Shown: positions 27,115 through 37,757 of the stretch, one piece after another | How positions within the stretch are numbered: the stretch's first letter is position 1 | How the letters are laid out: every line of letters begins with the position of its first letter | Virus record (IMG/VR): IMGVR_UViG_3300037501_000255 | DNA from: a virus | Taxonomy: Duplodnaviria; Caudoviricetes | Length of the DNA: 64,000 bases | Direction: 5' to 3' (one strand) | Notes under the pieces: model-generated | Databases searched by the model: none | What the model saw: the letters and a program-made list of their open reading frames with translations, nothing else | What the model was told of the DNA's origin: nothing | Program-made: the position numbers and the translations under genes

Positions 27115-27962
27115 AGGGACATTACTTGATCTCTTAGGGATGGAATTCTGAGTTTAGCGAGAAGCGACTTCTCAGTAGCAAGCGTTCTATCCACCGCCTC
27201 TTGAGCTGGAGTTGGGGAAATTGTAAGTTTTAGATCATACCTATCATTAATAAGATGTAGCAGCTGTTCTTTGGTTACGGAGTCCGAGTGTACGTGGAAT
27301 AATCCGGTCTCGTACAGTTCCCCTTCTATAATCTGCGAGCAGATGTCGGCATATTGCTGGCAGGTGATGCCATTCCACAGATGGTTTGTAAATCCGCGCA
27401 CCTCCCTACCCGCTTGGCTTTGCGCCCACGCAATCAAAGACGCCTGCTTGTGAATCTCTGGTCCGATAATTGAGGTGCGGATTACCATAGCATCGCTATA
27501 CGGCTCCCCCAGACTTTTGCTCTTACCATAATCATCAAGCGCATCGTGAGGCGAAGACTCTGTGTAGGCACCAGTCGCTCCGGAGAATACACAATCTGTG
27601 GTGATATGAATCATCTTGATTCCAAAAGATTTTAGCGTTTCTGCCCAAATATGAGGTAGTAGAGAGTTGATTAATATACTCTCCTTCTTGTTTTTAGCCA
27701 TAAATGGTTTGATGGTTCCGATACAGTTTATTACATAGTCTGGATTTTTGGGAAACATCTCAAGCACTTCTCTAATATCCGAGGCCGCATCTAGAGTCTT
27801 CTCTGTTGGATCAAATTTTATCCAGTTACTTCTCCTACCGTACACTAGTGATAGATCCCTAGTAGTGAGGAATGTGTCGTACTTATCTGGATGGGCTTGG
27901 AAAAACTTCCCAACAGCGTTGCCCAGCATACCTGTTCCACCTAGAATTAAGACCGTCTTCAT
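27111..27962 (-). CDS. RmlD-like NDP-4-keto-6-deoxysugar reductase
   Basis: GGTGMLG, HITTDCVFSG, YGKSK and IRTS. Confidence 0.9.
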   Translation of the reverse strand: MKTVLILGGTGMLGNAVGKFFQAHPDKYDTFLTTRDLSLVYGRRSNWIKFDPTEKTLDAASDIREVLEMFPKNPDYVINCIGTIKPFMAKNKKESILINSLLPHIWAETLKSFGIKMIHITTDCVFSGATGAYTESSPHDALDDYGKSKSLGEPYSDAMVIRTSIIGPEIHKQASLIAWAQSQAGREVRGFTNHLWNGITCQQYADICSQIIEGELYETGLFHVHSDSVTKEQLLHLINDRYDLKLTISPTPAQEAVDRTLATEKSLLAKLRIPSLRDQVMSL

Positions 27963-28429
27963 TACCTCACCTCAATGTCAAATGTGCCGTCGGTTGCTTC
28001 AAACGGAAATCTATAGTCGTCTTGCGCACTCTCAGCAAGAGTGGATGTTGAGTAGAAAATAAGTATCGTGCCTGGCTCCAACATCCTGAATCCATTTGCC
28101 ATGCCGGCCGGTATGTGTAGCACCTTGGGCTGTAGAGCGGATAGGACGAAGGTCTGCGGCGGAAAGGCGCCCCGTGCTGGATCTATGGAGGGAACCTCAA
28201 CATCGTCCCACCCCATCTTAATGGCCGCAATTATGGCCGAGCCCCGGGCACAATACACATACTTATGCTCTAGCAGATGTCCGTGCCAAGCACGGATCTC
28301 ACAGAGTGGGTTATTCTCTACCTGATACATGCGCTTAATGCCTGCTGCCGTGAAGTCAAAATCATTCACGAAGCGCAGATTGCCTCGATTATCGCATGCC
28401 AACCCACCACCTATCAATCTTGCCGTCAT
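27962..28429 (-). CDS. RmlC-like cupin (NDP-sugar 3,5-epimerase/isomerase)
   Basis: DNRG, RAWHGH and LHIPAGMANGF. Confidence 0.85.
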   Translation of the reverse strand: MTARLIGGGLACDNRGNLRFVNDFDFTAAGIKRMYQVENNPLCEIRAWHGHLLEHKYVYCARGSAIIAAIKMGWDDVEVPSIDPARGAFPPQTFVLSALQPKVLHIPAGMANGFRMLEPGTILIFYSTSTLAESAQDDYRFPFEATDGTFDIEVR

Positions 28430-29367
28430 TAAAATGCCCCCAGCTGCTTCATATACGCCGCATTGGAATATATTGGATCTGATGTATTTTTTACTCTATT
28501 TTCAATAATTAGCTTATTCACTTCCATAACTCCATCGGCCAATTTTAGAGATGCGCTCCACCCAAATTTAGAGAATTTGCTATTATCAACCTTATAATTA
28601 CGCTGATCTTCAAATGACAGATCGGAAAGTATAACGGATGACCCGGGAATAAGCGAGCTAATTTCCTCTGCCATGTCCGACAGTCTGTAGTTGGCGTGTG
28701 ATAAGTTATACAGCCCCGATATCTCATTCTGTAGTGCAAATGCGGTTGCGTGCGCCACATCCCTTACATGTAGTAGGGGCCTCCACTGTTCTCCTCCGAA
28801 AACAGTCAATGGCTCTCCGCGAGACGCCTTAATTGTCAGAACATTGGCGACAAGATCGACTCTGATACGTGAATGTGCATCTCCTGTCCCAAACAGCGTT
28901 CCTAAACGCCATACTAACGCGTCGGGGCGCTTAGCCAGCAAATATTTTTCTGCCTCTAGTTTTGTAACCGCATATACGGACAGAGGATTGGTCGGAGAAT
29001 CTTCGTTAAGCATATCATCATTCTTTCCGTATACGCTGCAAGTTGATGTCCAAACAATCTTTCCACTGTAATTGTCAGCCAGCCATTTTACAGTTTCGGT
29101 GTTAATCTGTCGTGTAAGTTCGGGATTTACCGCGCAGGCTCCGTCACCCACCAGCGCTGCAAGCCAAACTACACAATCATATTTAGGCAGTATTTGTATG
29201 AGCTTGCCGGTGTCGCGTATGTCGCCATAAATAAAGCTGACGGGTTTCATGAAGCGCGTTTCGTATAAGAGATTGTCGTAAATAGTTACGTCGTAACCTT
29301 TGGATATGAGATGGTCGGTCATGTAACCGCCCAAATATCCCGCTCCTCCAGCAATTAATATTTTCAT
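28429..29367 (-). CDS. NAD-dependent sugar epimerase/dehydratase (SDR)
   Basis: GGAGYLG, STCSVYG and YAVTK. Confidence 0.93.
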   Translation of the reverse strand: MKILIAGGAGYLGGYMTDHLISKGYDVTIYDNLLYETRFMKPVSFIYGDIRDTGKLIQILPKYDCVVWLAALVGDGACAVNPELTRQINTETVKWLADNYSGKIVWTSTCSVYGKNDDMLNEDSPTNPLSVYAVTKLEAEKYLLAKRPDALVWRLGTLFGTGDAHSRIRVDLVANVLTIKASRGEPLTVFGGEQWRPLLHVRDVAHATAFALQNEISGLYNLSHANYRLSDMAEEISSLIPGSSVILSDLSFEDQRNYKVDNSKFSKFGWSASLKLADGVMEVNKLIIENRVKNTSDPIYSNAAYMKQLGAF

Positions 29368-29408
29368 ATTACCTCATTTATAGGCTGCACTGCAAGTATA
29401 TTAGTGCT

Positions 29409-30281
29409 CTAATCTAAAGACGATAGGATCTCCTCGAGATCGCGTATTGATCCAATATTGTTAGTCTCTTGCCATTTATAAGCGCTATCTACAATATCCT
29501 CGTATTCTGATTCGGACATCTCCATAAGTCGTTTTGAAAGTGCGGTCGAATCACCATCAAAGTCTCGATAGTCTATAAATAAATTTTTTGGAACATAATC
29601 CTCTATGTTAAAGCACCCGTAGTATACTGCTATTGTCTTAGATTTAAAGCAATTAAAAATTCTTTCGGTAATAAAGTCATAGCTATGAAATGGATGGTAT
29701 GTGCTTTCAAAACACAAGCAGAATTTGTATTCATTTATTTTTTTAAGGTTTTCATAATGAGAATGATAATATGGTATGCTACCAGCGTACATGCTGCCGC
29801 CCCAGGGCGTTCTGGAGAAAACGTGTTTTACTGGTAGGTCAAGTGACTGCATTACGCGCTCGCGCATGAAATATATGTCACCTTCTCTGCCTGTATAATT
29901 TATTTTATTCAAACAAATTATACCGTTTATTTTTTTATTAAATTCAACAAACTCATCTAAGCAAAAATATGAATTACATGCGGGTACACCGCGAATCAGA
30001 TGCACCTGCACCGACGGCAGCTGTGCCCTAACTACATTCGCCATTTTAGAGCTATATGTTATATATGATTGATATTTAGATATAATATTGAGGTCCCAAT
30101 TTTCAGGTATCTCAATGTGAGGCTCTGCAACAAGGAGATGCCTGTATTTGGGCGGAAGCATCATCCTGCTGCCCCACCTAGCATTGAATGCTACATTTTG
30201 ATACTTCTCGCTCAAGTAGTACCACTCATCCCTGGCCAGCCTTACGTCTAAATCCTGTATTTGCAAGTTTTTTTTGATCAT
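29409..30281 (-). CDS. GT10 family (fucosyltransferase-like) glycosyltransferase
   Basis: YKFCLCFES...DFITERI...IAVYYG matches the alpha-1,3-fucosyltransferase motif. Confidence 0.8.
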   Translation of the reverse strand: MIKKNLQIQDLDVRLARDEWYYLSEKYQNVAFNARWGSRMMLPPKYRHLLVAEPHIEIPENWDLNIISKYQSYITYSSKMANVVRAQLPSVQVHLIRGVPACNSYFCLDEFVEFNKKINGIICLNKINYTGREGDIYFMRERVMQSLDLPVKHVFSRTPWGGSMYAGSIPYYHSHYENLKKINEYKFCLCFESTYHPFHSYDFITERIFNCFKSKTIAVYYGCFNIEDYVPKNLFIDYRDFDGDSTALSKRLMEMSESEYEDIVDSAYKWQETNNIGSIRDLEEILSSLD

Positions 30282-31009
30282 ATATCAGTCAATTCACCAT
30301 ACATTGGCCGAGCCCTGATTAGAGAAGCGTTGTCTATCTGCGATCTTTGATTTACCTTCATATCATTAATTGGATTAACATCATTGTATACGTACATTAT
30401 TCTATCTATAAACGCAGCCTTTTTGTTTCCGGCCATCTCTAACATAGGAAACATAAAAGCAGCATCCCACGCAGTTTGAAAGTATGCCCCAGAGTCATCA
30501 CGCAAATCTTTATCAGAAATGCGTGTCCAGAGTTTTCGTCTAAATGTACGAAGGTGGGAGGCTAACCATTCCCCACCACGCCTGTATTTAGATATATCTG
30601 GAATTCTATTTCCATATGGACCGTATTTACCACTAATTGGAATAAAAGTGCCGTACGTCATCCAGCAATCCCGATTATTATACTCTTCATTAAGATAAGA
30701 CAGCACTGCTTCATCGCTAAGCTGGTCGTCTCCATCAACAGTAACAATTATATCATAATCTATATCACTTGTTATATTTATAGCATTTATTATATTATTG
30801 AGCGCGCCCAACCTGACTGTGTTGAATATGGTTTGACAACGCGGATCTGATATGGTTCTAAGGAAATCGGCAGTTGAATCAGAAGAATTGTCATCTATGA
30901 TAATTAATCTAAAATTATCATAGTTCTGATTTAATATCGAATTAACACAGCCGGATATAAACTTCTCGGCATTAAAAACCGGGGTAATTATTGTAAAATA
31001 ATTTTTCAT
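30278..31009 (-). CDS. GT2 glycosyltransferase
   Basis: IITPVFNAE, IIDDNSSD and DGDD. Confidence 0.92.
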   Translation of the reverse strand: MKNYFTIITPVFNAEKFISGCVNSILNQNYDNFRLIIIDDNSSDSTADFLRTISDPRCQTIFNTVRLGALNNIINAINITSDIDYDIIVTVDGDDQLSDEAVLSYLNEEYNNRDCWMTYGTFIPISGKYGPYGNRIPDISKYRRGGEWLASHLRTFRRKLWTRISDKDLRDDSGAYFQTAWDAAFMFPMLEMAGNKKAAFIDRIMYVYNDVNPINDMKVNQRSQIDNASLIRARPMYGELTDI

Positions 31010-31779
31010 ACTAGTGAATTTCTTCTGTTATTTATAGAAGGATGTCTTAGAGATGGATCATTATTAAAAAATTTCATTTGTGCAAAGTTATGCAGCGGCA
31101 TCTGCGGTATCTTGCCAGATAAAATATCATTAAATAATTCTATTTTTAAGTATGTCACTACAGTGCTGCATTTTATCAATCCGGTGGCTATCCAGGATTT
31201 TGTCATTGCGATCTCTATGCCGACCCCTCTACAGTGTAATTTTGAGTATGCATGCATTGATATGAAGTCAGCTCTCTTTAGAATAGCGACTGGAAAGTTT
31301 AAAAAATAATCATCAACAATAGACACATCTTTTATAAAAAAGAGATCGTCGCCAATATTTATATACTTACTGCAATCACGACAGTAGTCTGCCGAATTGT
31401 CGGGAAGGTGTGTGTTAAAGCATATATAACCAATTCCTCTAGAAGAGAGGGTGTTGAGTGTTTTTTTGGATGGTATTTTGTTAATTATTATATCATCTTC
31501 AGAGTAGAAGATCCAGTCGGCATCAGTAGCGTGCAGGCCCCTCAGTTGATTTTCGGCCATCCCGCGTATTCCGCTAGCGGCGCCGGAAACTATGCGCCAG
31601 CCTAAATTAACAAACTTATCAAAATAACCTATATCACACCCATTGTTAAATATATCAACAGAAATTATTTTATCATCAAATAAATCGGTATTACATAGCT
31701 CTATAGAGTTAATCGTCGCATCTAGTAAAGCAAGTCTATCTTTAAGATTTGTAGTCAATACGATGGCTGCTACTTTCAT
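31006..31779 (-). CDS. putative GT-A fold glycosyltransferase
   Basis: WIFYSEDD; located within the GT cluster; start at 31779 (ATGA overlap). Confidence 0.65.
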   Translation of the reverse strand: MKVAAIVLTTNLKDRLALLDATINSIELCNTDLFDDKIISVDIFNNGCDIGYFDKFVNLGWRIVSGAASGIRGMAENQLRGLHATDADWIFYSEDDIIINKIPSKKTLNTLSSRGIGYICFNTHLPDNSADYCRDCSKYINIGDDLFFIKDVSIVDDYFLNFPVAILKRADFISMHAYSKLHCRGVGIEIAMTKSWIATGLIKCSTVVTYLKIELFNDILSGKIPQMPLHNFAQMKFFNNDPSLRHPSINNRRNSLV

Positions 31780-32648
31780 ATATACTCCCACGTCGGAAAT
31801 ATCTCTCTCACCATTTTAATAAGCGTGCCATGATTATTATATGATAAATAATTATTGTGATTTATATTGCATATTAGATGCTTAACGTATTCGCTTCCGC
31901 CGTACCAATGAATGCCTATTGAATATTTACCCAAATACATGGTACCATCTATATCATATAAATATTCTTTGTGATTGTGATCAATAGCGTATACTGTTTC
32001 TTTATGAAATGAGTGTGCGCGGCCGTATTTTTTATTTATCAATCCAAGATTATATTTAGAATTAAGCAGCCCGGCGCCTAGAACTTCATAATCATTATTA
32101 CCTATCTTGCTTAGGGCATCTCTATATATATCTCTATATAGAACATTGTCTTTTGAAGACATTAAAAATCCTACTGCATGTCCCAATATCTCATCAGCGG
32201 CGGAATCTTGTCCGTAATAAAAAAATGTATCTATACAATTGTCATATTCTATTTTATTACACAGCATCTCTTCTATTGGTCTAATATATAAAATATCCAT
32301 ATCTGACCACACACCTCCATAAGTATGCAGAAGATAATATCTTATTATATCAGACTTATGCACTTCGTTTATTGAATTTGATATGCCTATCGATTCACAA
32401 TTGAATATTCTTATATCAACTCCGCAACTATGCAACTGCGGAGTGTAGTCTATTATATCGTTATTATTCTCATATTGTTTGTTGCCCCAGGTTGTCTGAG
32501 AATTCAGACTGTGCGGAGTGTATACAACAATATTCCACTCTGGGTTTAACTTTTTAAATGATAATATCGATAGGAGTCTTAAAAATGACAGCCTGCGTGC
32601 ACCCCAATAGAAATATATTGTTTTAGGTATTTGCGACAGCATCCACAT
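31776..32648 (-). CDS. GT32-like (DxD sugar-binding region) glycosyltransferase
   Basis: IPKTIYFYW, HKSDIIRY and YGGVWSDMD. Confidence 0.88.
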   Translation of the reverse strand: MWMLSQIPKTIYFYWGARRLSFLRLLSILSFKKLNPEWNIVVYTPHSLNSQTTWGNKQYENNNDIIDYTPQLHSCGVDIRIFNCESIGISNSINEVHKSDIIRYYLLHTYGGVWSDMDILYIRPIEEMLCNKIEYDNCIDTFFYYGQDSAADEILGHAVGFLMSSKDNVLYRDIYRDALSKIGNNDYEVLGAGLLNSKYNLGLINKKYGRAHSFHKETVYAIDHNHKEYLYDIDGTMYLGKYSIGIHWYGGSEYVKHLICNINHNNYLSYNNHGTLIKMVREIFPTWEYI

Positions 32649-32649
32649 A

Positions 32650-33483
32650 TTACACGCAACATAAATCTATAATAGTAGATAGCGCTGCATTTTTCGGAAT
32701 GTTCCCGGGGCAACACCTCTCCTCATACGCAAGAGACAATTCGCTTCCACCATACCAGTGACATCCTATAGAACGGCTCATATCTATGGGTTTTGATAAA
32801 AATAAATCTTTAATATTGGTAGGTAGTACCGGGTAAACCGAATATCTACTTATATTGCAAAGCTTTACTTGTGGAAATTTATCAATGATATCCGATAATT
32901 TACGAAAGTATGTGTTTAACACTGTAGAGCCATGCGCCTGATATGCGCCCGCAGGAGCCTGCCTTGCCAATTGAAAGCAATTATTGAAAAACTCATTATT
33001 ACCAGATGAAAATAAAAATCCTATCGCATGCGCGCTTAATTCGGGATATATATGTATGCCAGTATTAGATGTGTGAGCCAATGGGTTTTCAATTACAATA
33101 TTATCAATGCTATTGGTATATACAATGTCCATATCAGACCACACTCCGCCATCCTCGGCGAGGAGCTTCCATCTAAGTAGGTCGGATTTGTGCACCTCAT
33201 GCATTTCATTGTCTATTCCATAATCTTCAAAATCATGTTCTATCACATTTGATACCGCACTGAGCGCTCGATCATAAAAGTTCTCGCGTATGAGTGGGGG
33301 GCGACTCTGTTCACCGGTTTTCCATGAAATATTGTTTCTGCTGGGGAATCTTGGAACATGTAAGTTTATTTCCCAGTTAGAATTAAACTTTTTCAAAGAA
33401 TGTATTGTCAAATATCTAAGGTAAGACATTTGTCTTGATGCAGATCCCCAATATAAATGAATTTTTTTAGGTATAATATTCAA
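32650..33483 (-). CDS. GT32-like glycosyltransferase (tandem paralogue)
   Basis: IPKKIHLYW, HKSDLLRW, GGVWSDMD; shares HWYGGSE with its neighbour. Confidence 0.88.
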   Translation of the reverse strand: MNIIPKKIHLYWGSASRQMSYLRYLTIHSLKKFNSNWEINLHVPRFPSRNNISWKTGEQSRPPLIRENFYDRALSAVSNVIEHDFEDYGIDNEMHEVHKSDLLRWKLLAEDGGVWSDMDIVYTNSIDNIVIENPLAHTSNTGIHIYPELSAHAIGFLFSSGNNEFFNNCFQLARQAPAGAYQAHGSTVLNTYFRKLSDIIDKFPQVKLCNISRYSVYPVLPTNIKDLFLSKPIDMSRSIGCHWYGGSELSLAYEERCCPGNIPKNAALSTIIDLCCV

Positions 33484-34070
33484 GGAGCACCGTCGCTTCT
33501 AGAAGAAAACGATATGTTGAAATCATAATAATATAATATACGTTCAATTCTATGTTGACTTTTACAAGCATTGCTGGCCATTACCGCCCACTCAATATCT
33601 TCGCCATAATTTTTAGATGGAAACTTTATATCTTTAACGACATCTCGTTTAAAAATCATATTGTGGGATGGTTTGCCAGTCCAAAAACCGCGGCCCGTAT
33701 CATTTTCATTATACTCTAACTCGATACCGTATTTACAGTGTATTCTCTTACCAGAATGTACATGTGTGCAAATAATATCATACACTATCACATCCGCGCC
33801 ATTAGCATCGTCTATCGCTAGAAGCGCCTGCTCTATAAAATCTCCAACAACCCAATCATCATCATCCAGAAATACGATATATGATCCGGTAGCGGCGGCC
33901 AAGAGCGCATTTCTTTTATCGCCTATAGATAGAGACTTGTTGTCGTATAGGCATATGAGTTCAACACTATCTCTTCCATCAGCCTGTAACTCAAGGTAGT
34001 CCAACATCCTAGACATGAACGTTCTACGGCGAGCTGGTATAGATGGTATTAAAATTGACAATTTCTTCAT
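33480..34070 (-). CDS. GT2 glycosyltransferase
   Basis: LSILIPS, IGDKRN, FLDDDD and GED. Confidence 0.85.
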   Translation of the reverse strand: MKKLSILIPSIPARRRTFMSRMLDYLELQADGRDSVELICLYDNKSLSIGDKRNALLAAATGSYIVFLDDDDWVVGDFIEQALLAIDDANGADVIVYDIICTHVHSGKRIHCKYGIELEYNENDTGRGFWTGKPSHNMIFKRDVVKDIKFPSKNYGEDIEWAVMASNACKSQHRIERILYYYDFNISFSSRSDGAP

Positions 34071-35137
34071 ATATTCTCAGATATAGCTTCAATTATATGA
34101 TCTGACGTGCGGCCGTCACCAAGCCATTTCACCTTGCCTTTAAATCCTCTGCCATGAGAGTCGAGCCAAGTTACAGCCCTATTCGCCTGCTTTAAATAAT
34201 CATCTCTTTCTATATAAATCATCATGCTGCAATTATTGTCTACAGACTCTGGTCTTTCGGTGAAATCACGCGGAACCAGTACCGGTATTCCTAGCAGAGC
34301 AGATTCTTCTTGCGCACTGCCAGAATCTGAATATACAAATAGACTTTCTTGTTGAGCACGAATAAAATCTTTATATCCCATCAAATCTATAAATTCAATC
34401 CCATGCATATTAATTGCATTTAGATCTATGACAGACTTAGTTCTGGAAAAACTAAGCATCTTAACAGGCAAACTGTAATGTTTGCCTAACACTGCTGCTG
34501 TCTCCAATATTCTTGTAAGCCTAACTGCATGCTTGAAATTCTCCGGGCGATGAATGTCTAAGATTATATGTTTTGGGCTTGGTTTATATGACAGATCGGC
34601 TATATTAAGAAGGGGTTCTACTATGGTATTGCCAACCACATATATCGAGTCTTTTGCTATACCCTCCTTCATTGCCTTTTTCTTATAATTATTGTGATAA
34701 ACGAACAGCATATCTGAAACATGGTCGCAAGCCACGCGATTAGTTTCTTCAAGCATGACTTTGTGGTAAGAGCGCATTCCGGCTTCAATATGGGCTATTT
34801 TAAACCCCTCTTTATGAATTGGAATGGATGCCAGCACTGAATTGGAGTCTCCGAGGAATACTACCAGATCTGGCCTCAATTCAAGACACAGCTTAGTTGC
34901 TTTAACTGACAAATCAGCCACCTGCTCGTAATGGGGGCGGCCTGGGCTACCGGCTGACAGATTGAAGTCGGGCTCTCTGATATTCAAATCTTTAAAAAAG
35001 ACATCTGAAAGTTTTGGATCATAGTGCTGACCGGTGTGTACAAGTATGTGATTAAATCCGGCATCCAACTTGCGGAAAACTTCGGACATGCGGATAAAAT
35101 CTGGCCGTATCCCAGTTATTGTCATCACGGTTTTCAC
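34067..35137 (-). CDS. wecB: UDP-N-acetylglucosamine 2-epimerase (non-hydrolysing)
   Basis: GIRPDFI, VHTGQHYD, HIEAGMRS, EETNR and DSGSAQEE; GTG start at 35137 with GAGGAG upstream. Confidence 0.95.
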   Translation of the reverse strand: MKTVMTITGIRPDFIRMSEVFRKLDAGFNHILVHTGQHYDPKLSDVFFKDLNIREPDFNLSAGSPGRPHYEQVADLSVKATKLCLELRPDLVVFLGDSNSVLASIPIHKEGFKIAHIEAGMRSYHKVMLEETNRVACDHVSDMLFVYHNNYKKKAMKEGIAKDSIYVVGNTIVEPLLNIADLSYKPSPKHIILDIHRPENFKHAVRLTRILETAAVLGKHYSLPVKMLSFSRTKSVIDLNAINMHGIEFIDLMGYKDFIRAQQESLFVYSDSGSAQEESALLGIPVLVPRDFTERPESVDNNCSMMIYIERDDYLKQANRAVTWLDSHGRGFKGKVKWLGDGRTSDHIIEAISENI

Positions 35138-35970
35138 TAGAACTCCTCTTTGATTGCAGATGCGCTGCCCCAGTCCCAACCAATATTTGCAACCGTAGCC
35201 CTTTCCTTAAGAGATAACCAAAGCGTCTGATTTGCATTGACTAGGTTTTCCTGGTAGCCCCGAGAGTGGCTGAGGTGGATGCCTGCTACCTGATCATTGA
35301 AAATAATTTGTATGCCATTACTGACGCAACAATGTGCAAAGAAATTGTCTTCATATGCAATCGAGCGCATAAATCCCTCTTCTACCCCGCCTATTTCAAA
35401 ATAATCAGATTTTCTAATAAATCCAAGGAAATAATTCTCATACTTCCATGGTCTTGATGGCACATCATCACGACACATGGCTCCATTACCAGGAACTCGG
35501 CATAGATCTTTTATTTTCTCGGTAGAAATCCCCCCAACCAATGTGCCAATCGCTGATACCGGCTTTTCATCAATCCAGCCCAAAACAAAGTGTTTTTCTT
35601 TGTTTTTGAATAAACGATTTACTACCTCCACATTCGTGCGTGAATTTATTACCTCAGGACTTGTAAGACATAGAATATCTCCAGATGCCATGCGGGCGCC
35701 TATATTCTGCGCCAATGCTGGGTTATAGGCGCCCCCATATTGCGATGGTGGGTGAGCCAGCGGGTGCGCTGCGGGGTCAATAAACAACAACCGCACCCTC
35801 ATTCCGCGCGCACGGCAGGCCCGTACAAGCTGCCGCAGAGGCTCGGTGTCGCCAAATGAATTATCTACTATAATAACCTCGAAATCTTTAGAGGATTGGG
35901 CTTCGAGCGTTTGCATGTTGGCCCTTAGCAACTCAACGCGATTTCTATGAGGAATTATATAACTAATCAT
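35137..35970 (-). CDS. GT2-like glycosyltransferase
   Basis: SYIIPHRNR, IIVDNS, NIGARMASGD and IGGVEEGF...YED. Confidence 0.8.
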   Translation of the reverse strand: MISYIIPHRNRVELLRANMQTLEAQSSKDFEVIIVDNSFGDTEPLRQLVRACRARGMRVRLLFIDPAAHPLAHPPSQYGGAYNPALAQNIGARMASGDILCLTSPEVINSRTNVEVVNRLFKNKEKHFVLGWIDEKPVSAIGTLVGGISTEKIKDLCRVPGNGAMCRDDVPSRPWKYENYFLGFIRKSDYFEIGGVEEGFMRSIAYEDNFFAHCCVSNGIQIIFNDQVAGIHLSHSRGYQENLVNANQTLWLSLKERATVANIGWDWGSASAIKEEF

Positions 35971-36647
35971 AATTTATATGCGAATGCTTCACAGATACCA
36001 GACTGATTCCATTTGTTGTGGATATACATGCTGTCGTGCATTGCAGGTCTATAATGCGTTCCGCCTTCGCGGCCTATATGATAACTACGAGATAGTGTTG
36101 GTGTTAAATTTGGGAGATTCTGTGCGGTCTGAAATGCCGTCATGCTCCAATCCCAGCCTCTCTTATCAACGTGATAATTTGGTGCAAAGTAATTGTCCCA
36201 CTGTGACTTGGTGGCTACAAAACTTAGGGCGTTAAAGCCCATTTTGGATATCACCACGCCGTCCTCGCCAGTACTATCTGGATTATACAAGTTTAAACAT
36301 AAATATTTATTTTTATCTTCAAGTGATAGATATGAGTCTATGAGCTTAGTGGCATCTGGAGACACCACCACATCATCTTCAAGCTGCCAAACCACATCTG
36401 CGCCCCAGTCAAACGCACGCTTTATGGTAGCAAATGGGTTTTCTTTGACCCCAAGTATTTTTGGATTCACAACCATATTCGTAGGAACAAAGTCTATATC
36501 CCTACATATTTTAATCACTTCTGCGGAGACGGGCTCTACTCCAATAAACAGAGTATAATCACTTATATCGTTCTTCTTTACAGATTCAAGGACCTGACAT
36601 AGGTATGCTGGGCGCTTGAAGGCAGTTATTGCCATAGCTTTCTTCAT
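35967..36647 (-). CDS. GT-A fold glycosyltransferase
   Basis: AFKRPAYL, LEDD, GWDW and SRSYHIG. Confidence 0.75.
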   Translation of the reverse strand: MKKAMAITAFKRPAYLCQVLESVKKNDISDYTLFIGVEPVSAEVIKICRDIDFVPTNMVVNPKILGVKENPFATIKRAFDWGADVVWQLEDDVVVSPDATKLIDSYLSLEDKNKYLCLNLYNPDSTGEDGVVISKMGFNALSFVATKSQWDNYFAPNYHVDKRGWDWSMTAFQTAQNLPNLTPTLSRSYHIGREGGTHYRPAMHDSMYIHNKWNQSGICEAFAYKL

Positions 36648-37757
36648 ACGACCTCTTTTATGGCTTTTAGCATTTTAGCGCCAATATTAGACCATGAGTA
36701 TTTATCCAACCAATCCTGACTGGGCTGCGCGCGCTCACGGGCAACATTCTTGTCTTGGAAAACAGATCTCATTAGAATACGGAGATGATCTATGCTGGGC
36801 TCTGCCCATTGACCCCTATCCGTATATAGCGGCGAGTCCATACCACGAACCCGAGTTAGGGTGTAATCTATCAGATTTGAATTATCATAAGACATAAATT
36901 ATAAATTTCCAGAGTAACCGGTAGCAATTACTGGGGTGCCAACCGCCATCGCCTCTTGTATAGAATATCCCCATCCCTCAGCACGGTGCGGGGAAACCAA
37001 ACAATCCCCGCGTCGATGAAGCTCCCAAACCTCATCTCTAGACATCATTTTATGAAGAAGTACAATCTGCGGATGCGGTCCAACAGAGACTGAATTTTTA
37101 ATAGATAATATTTGCTGGCGTACCCAATCGCGATCATTAGAAGTTCCATCTAGCTTATATGTTTTAAGTACTAGAGCAACATCGTCCCGACCAGCAAATT
37201 AAGTTAAAAATGCCATTATAAGAGTCTGTGGATTTTTTCTTTCATTCCATTGAAATATGGAATAAAATATAAATTTATTTTCTGGTAAACATAGACTCTT
37301 ATCCAGACGCCCGCCATGAATTTCTGATGGATCAAGAGTGTGCTCTATCTTCTTAACCGGTACTTGAACGCCGCACTGTTTAAATATATCAACATTCCAC
37401 TCAGATGGAACCCATATCGCATCCATCTTATTGCATTTTTCAACCCAGCCATCAGGCAAGTGTGTAGTTTCCCATACAGTATAACCTATATTAGGAATGC
37501 CTTTAACAATAAAGCGGTCCCATAAATTTGGAACCATATGAACTATATTTAATTGTGGCGCTATTTTTTTTATCAAAATGATTTTTAAGACTATTGTAGA
37601 ATTTTGACTGATCTGTATTTATGGGCTCAAAATTTACCGACTTAATAGAGAAATCTATGTCGGCCCGCTGTGTCGCGAGAGCGGACAAATAACCTCTAGA
37701 TGCCTGAGAATACCCGGGAACTCCCAACGCGGCACATGAAAATTGCAGTCGTATCAT
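36644..37757 (-). pseudogene. GT4-like glycosyltransferase broken by one frameshift and two in-frame TAA codons
   Basis: The pieces align end-to-end with the intact paralogue at 38731-39855. Lesions: A8 run at 37564-37571 (A7 restores the frame), TAA at 37199-37201 (AFLT*FAG) and TAA at 36899-36901 (SGNL*FM versus SGNLEFM). Confidence 0.85.

Noticed and set aside
36899-37201. Stop-codon reassignment (TAA read as Glu) to explain the two in-frame TAA codons
   Set aside because: TAA terminates well-defined genes at their natural ends (dUTPase at 46796, SbcC at 11356, def at 24568), the other long genes contain no in-frame stops, and the same gene also has a frameshift.
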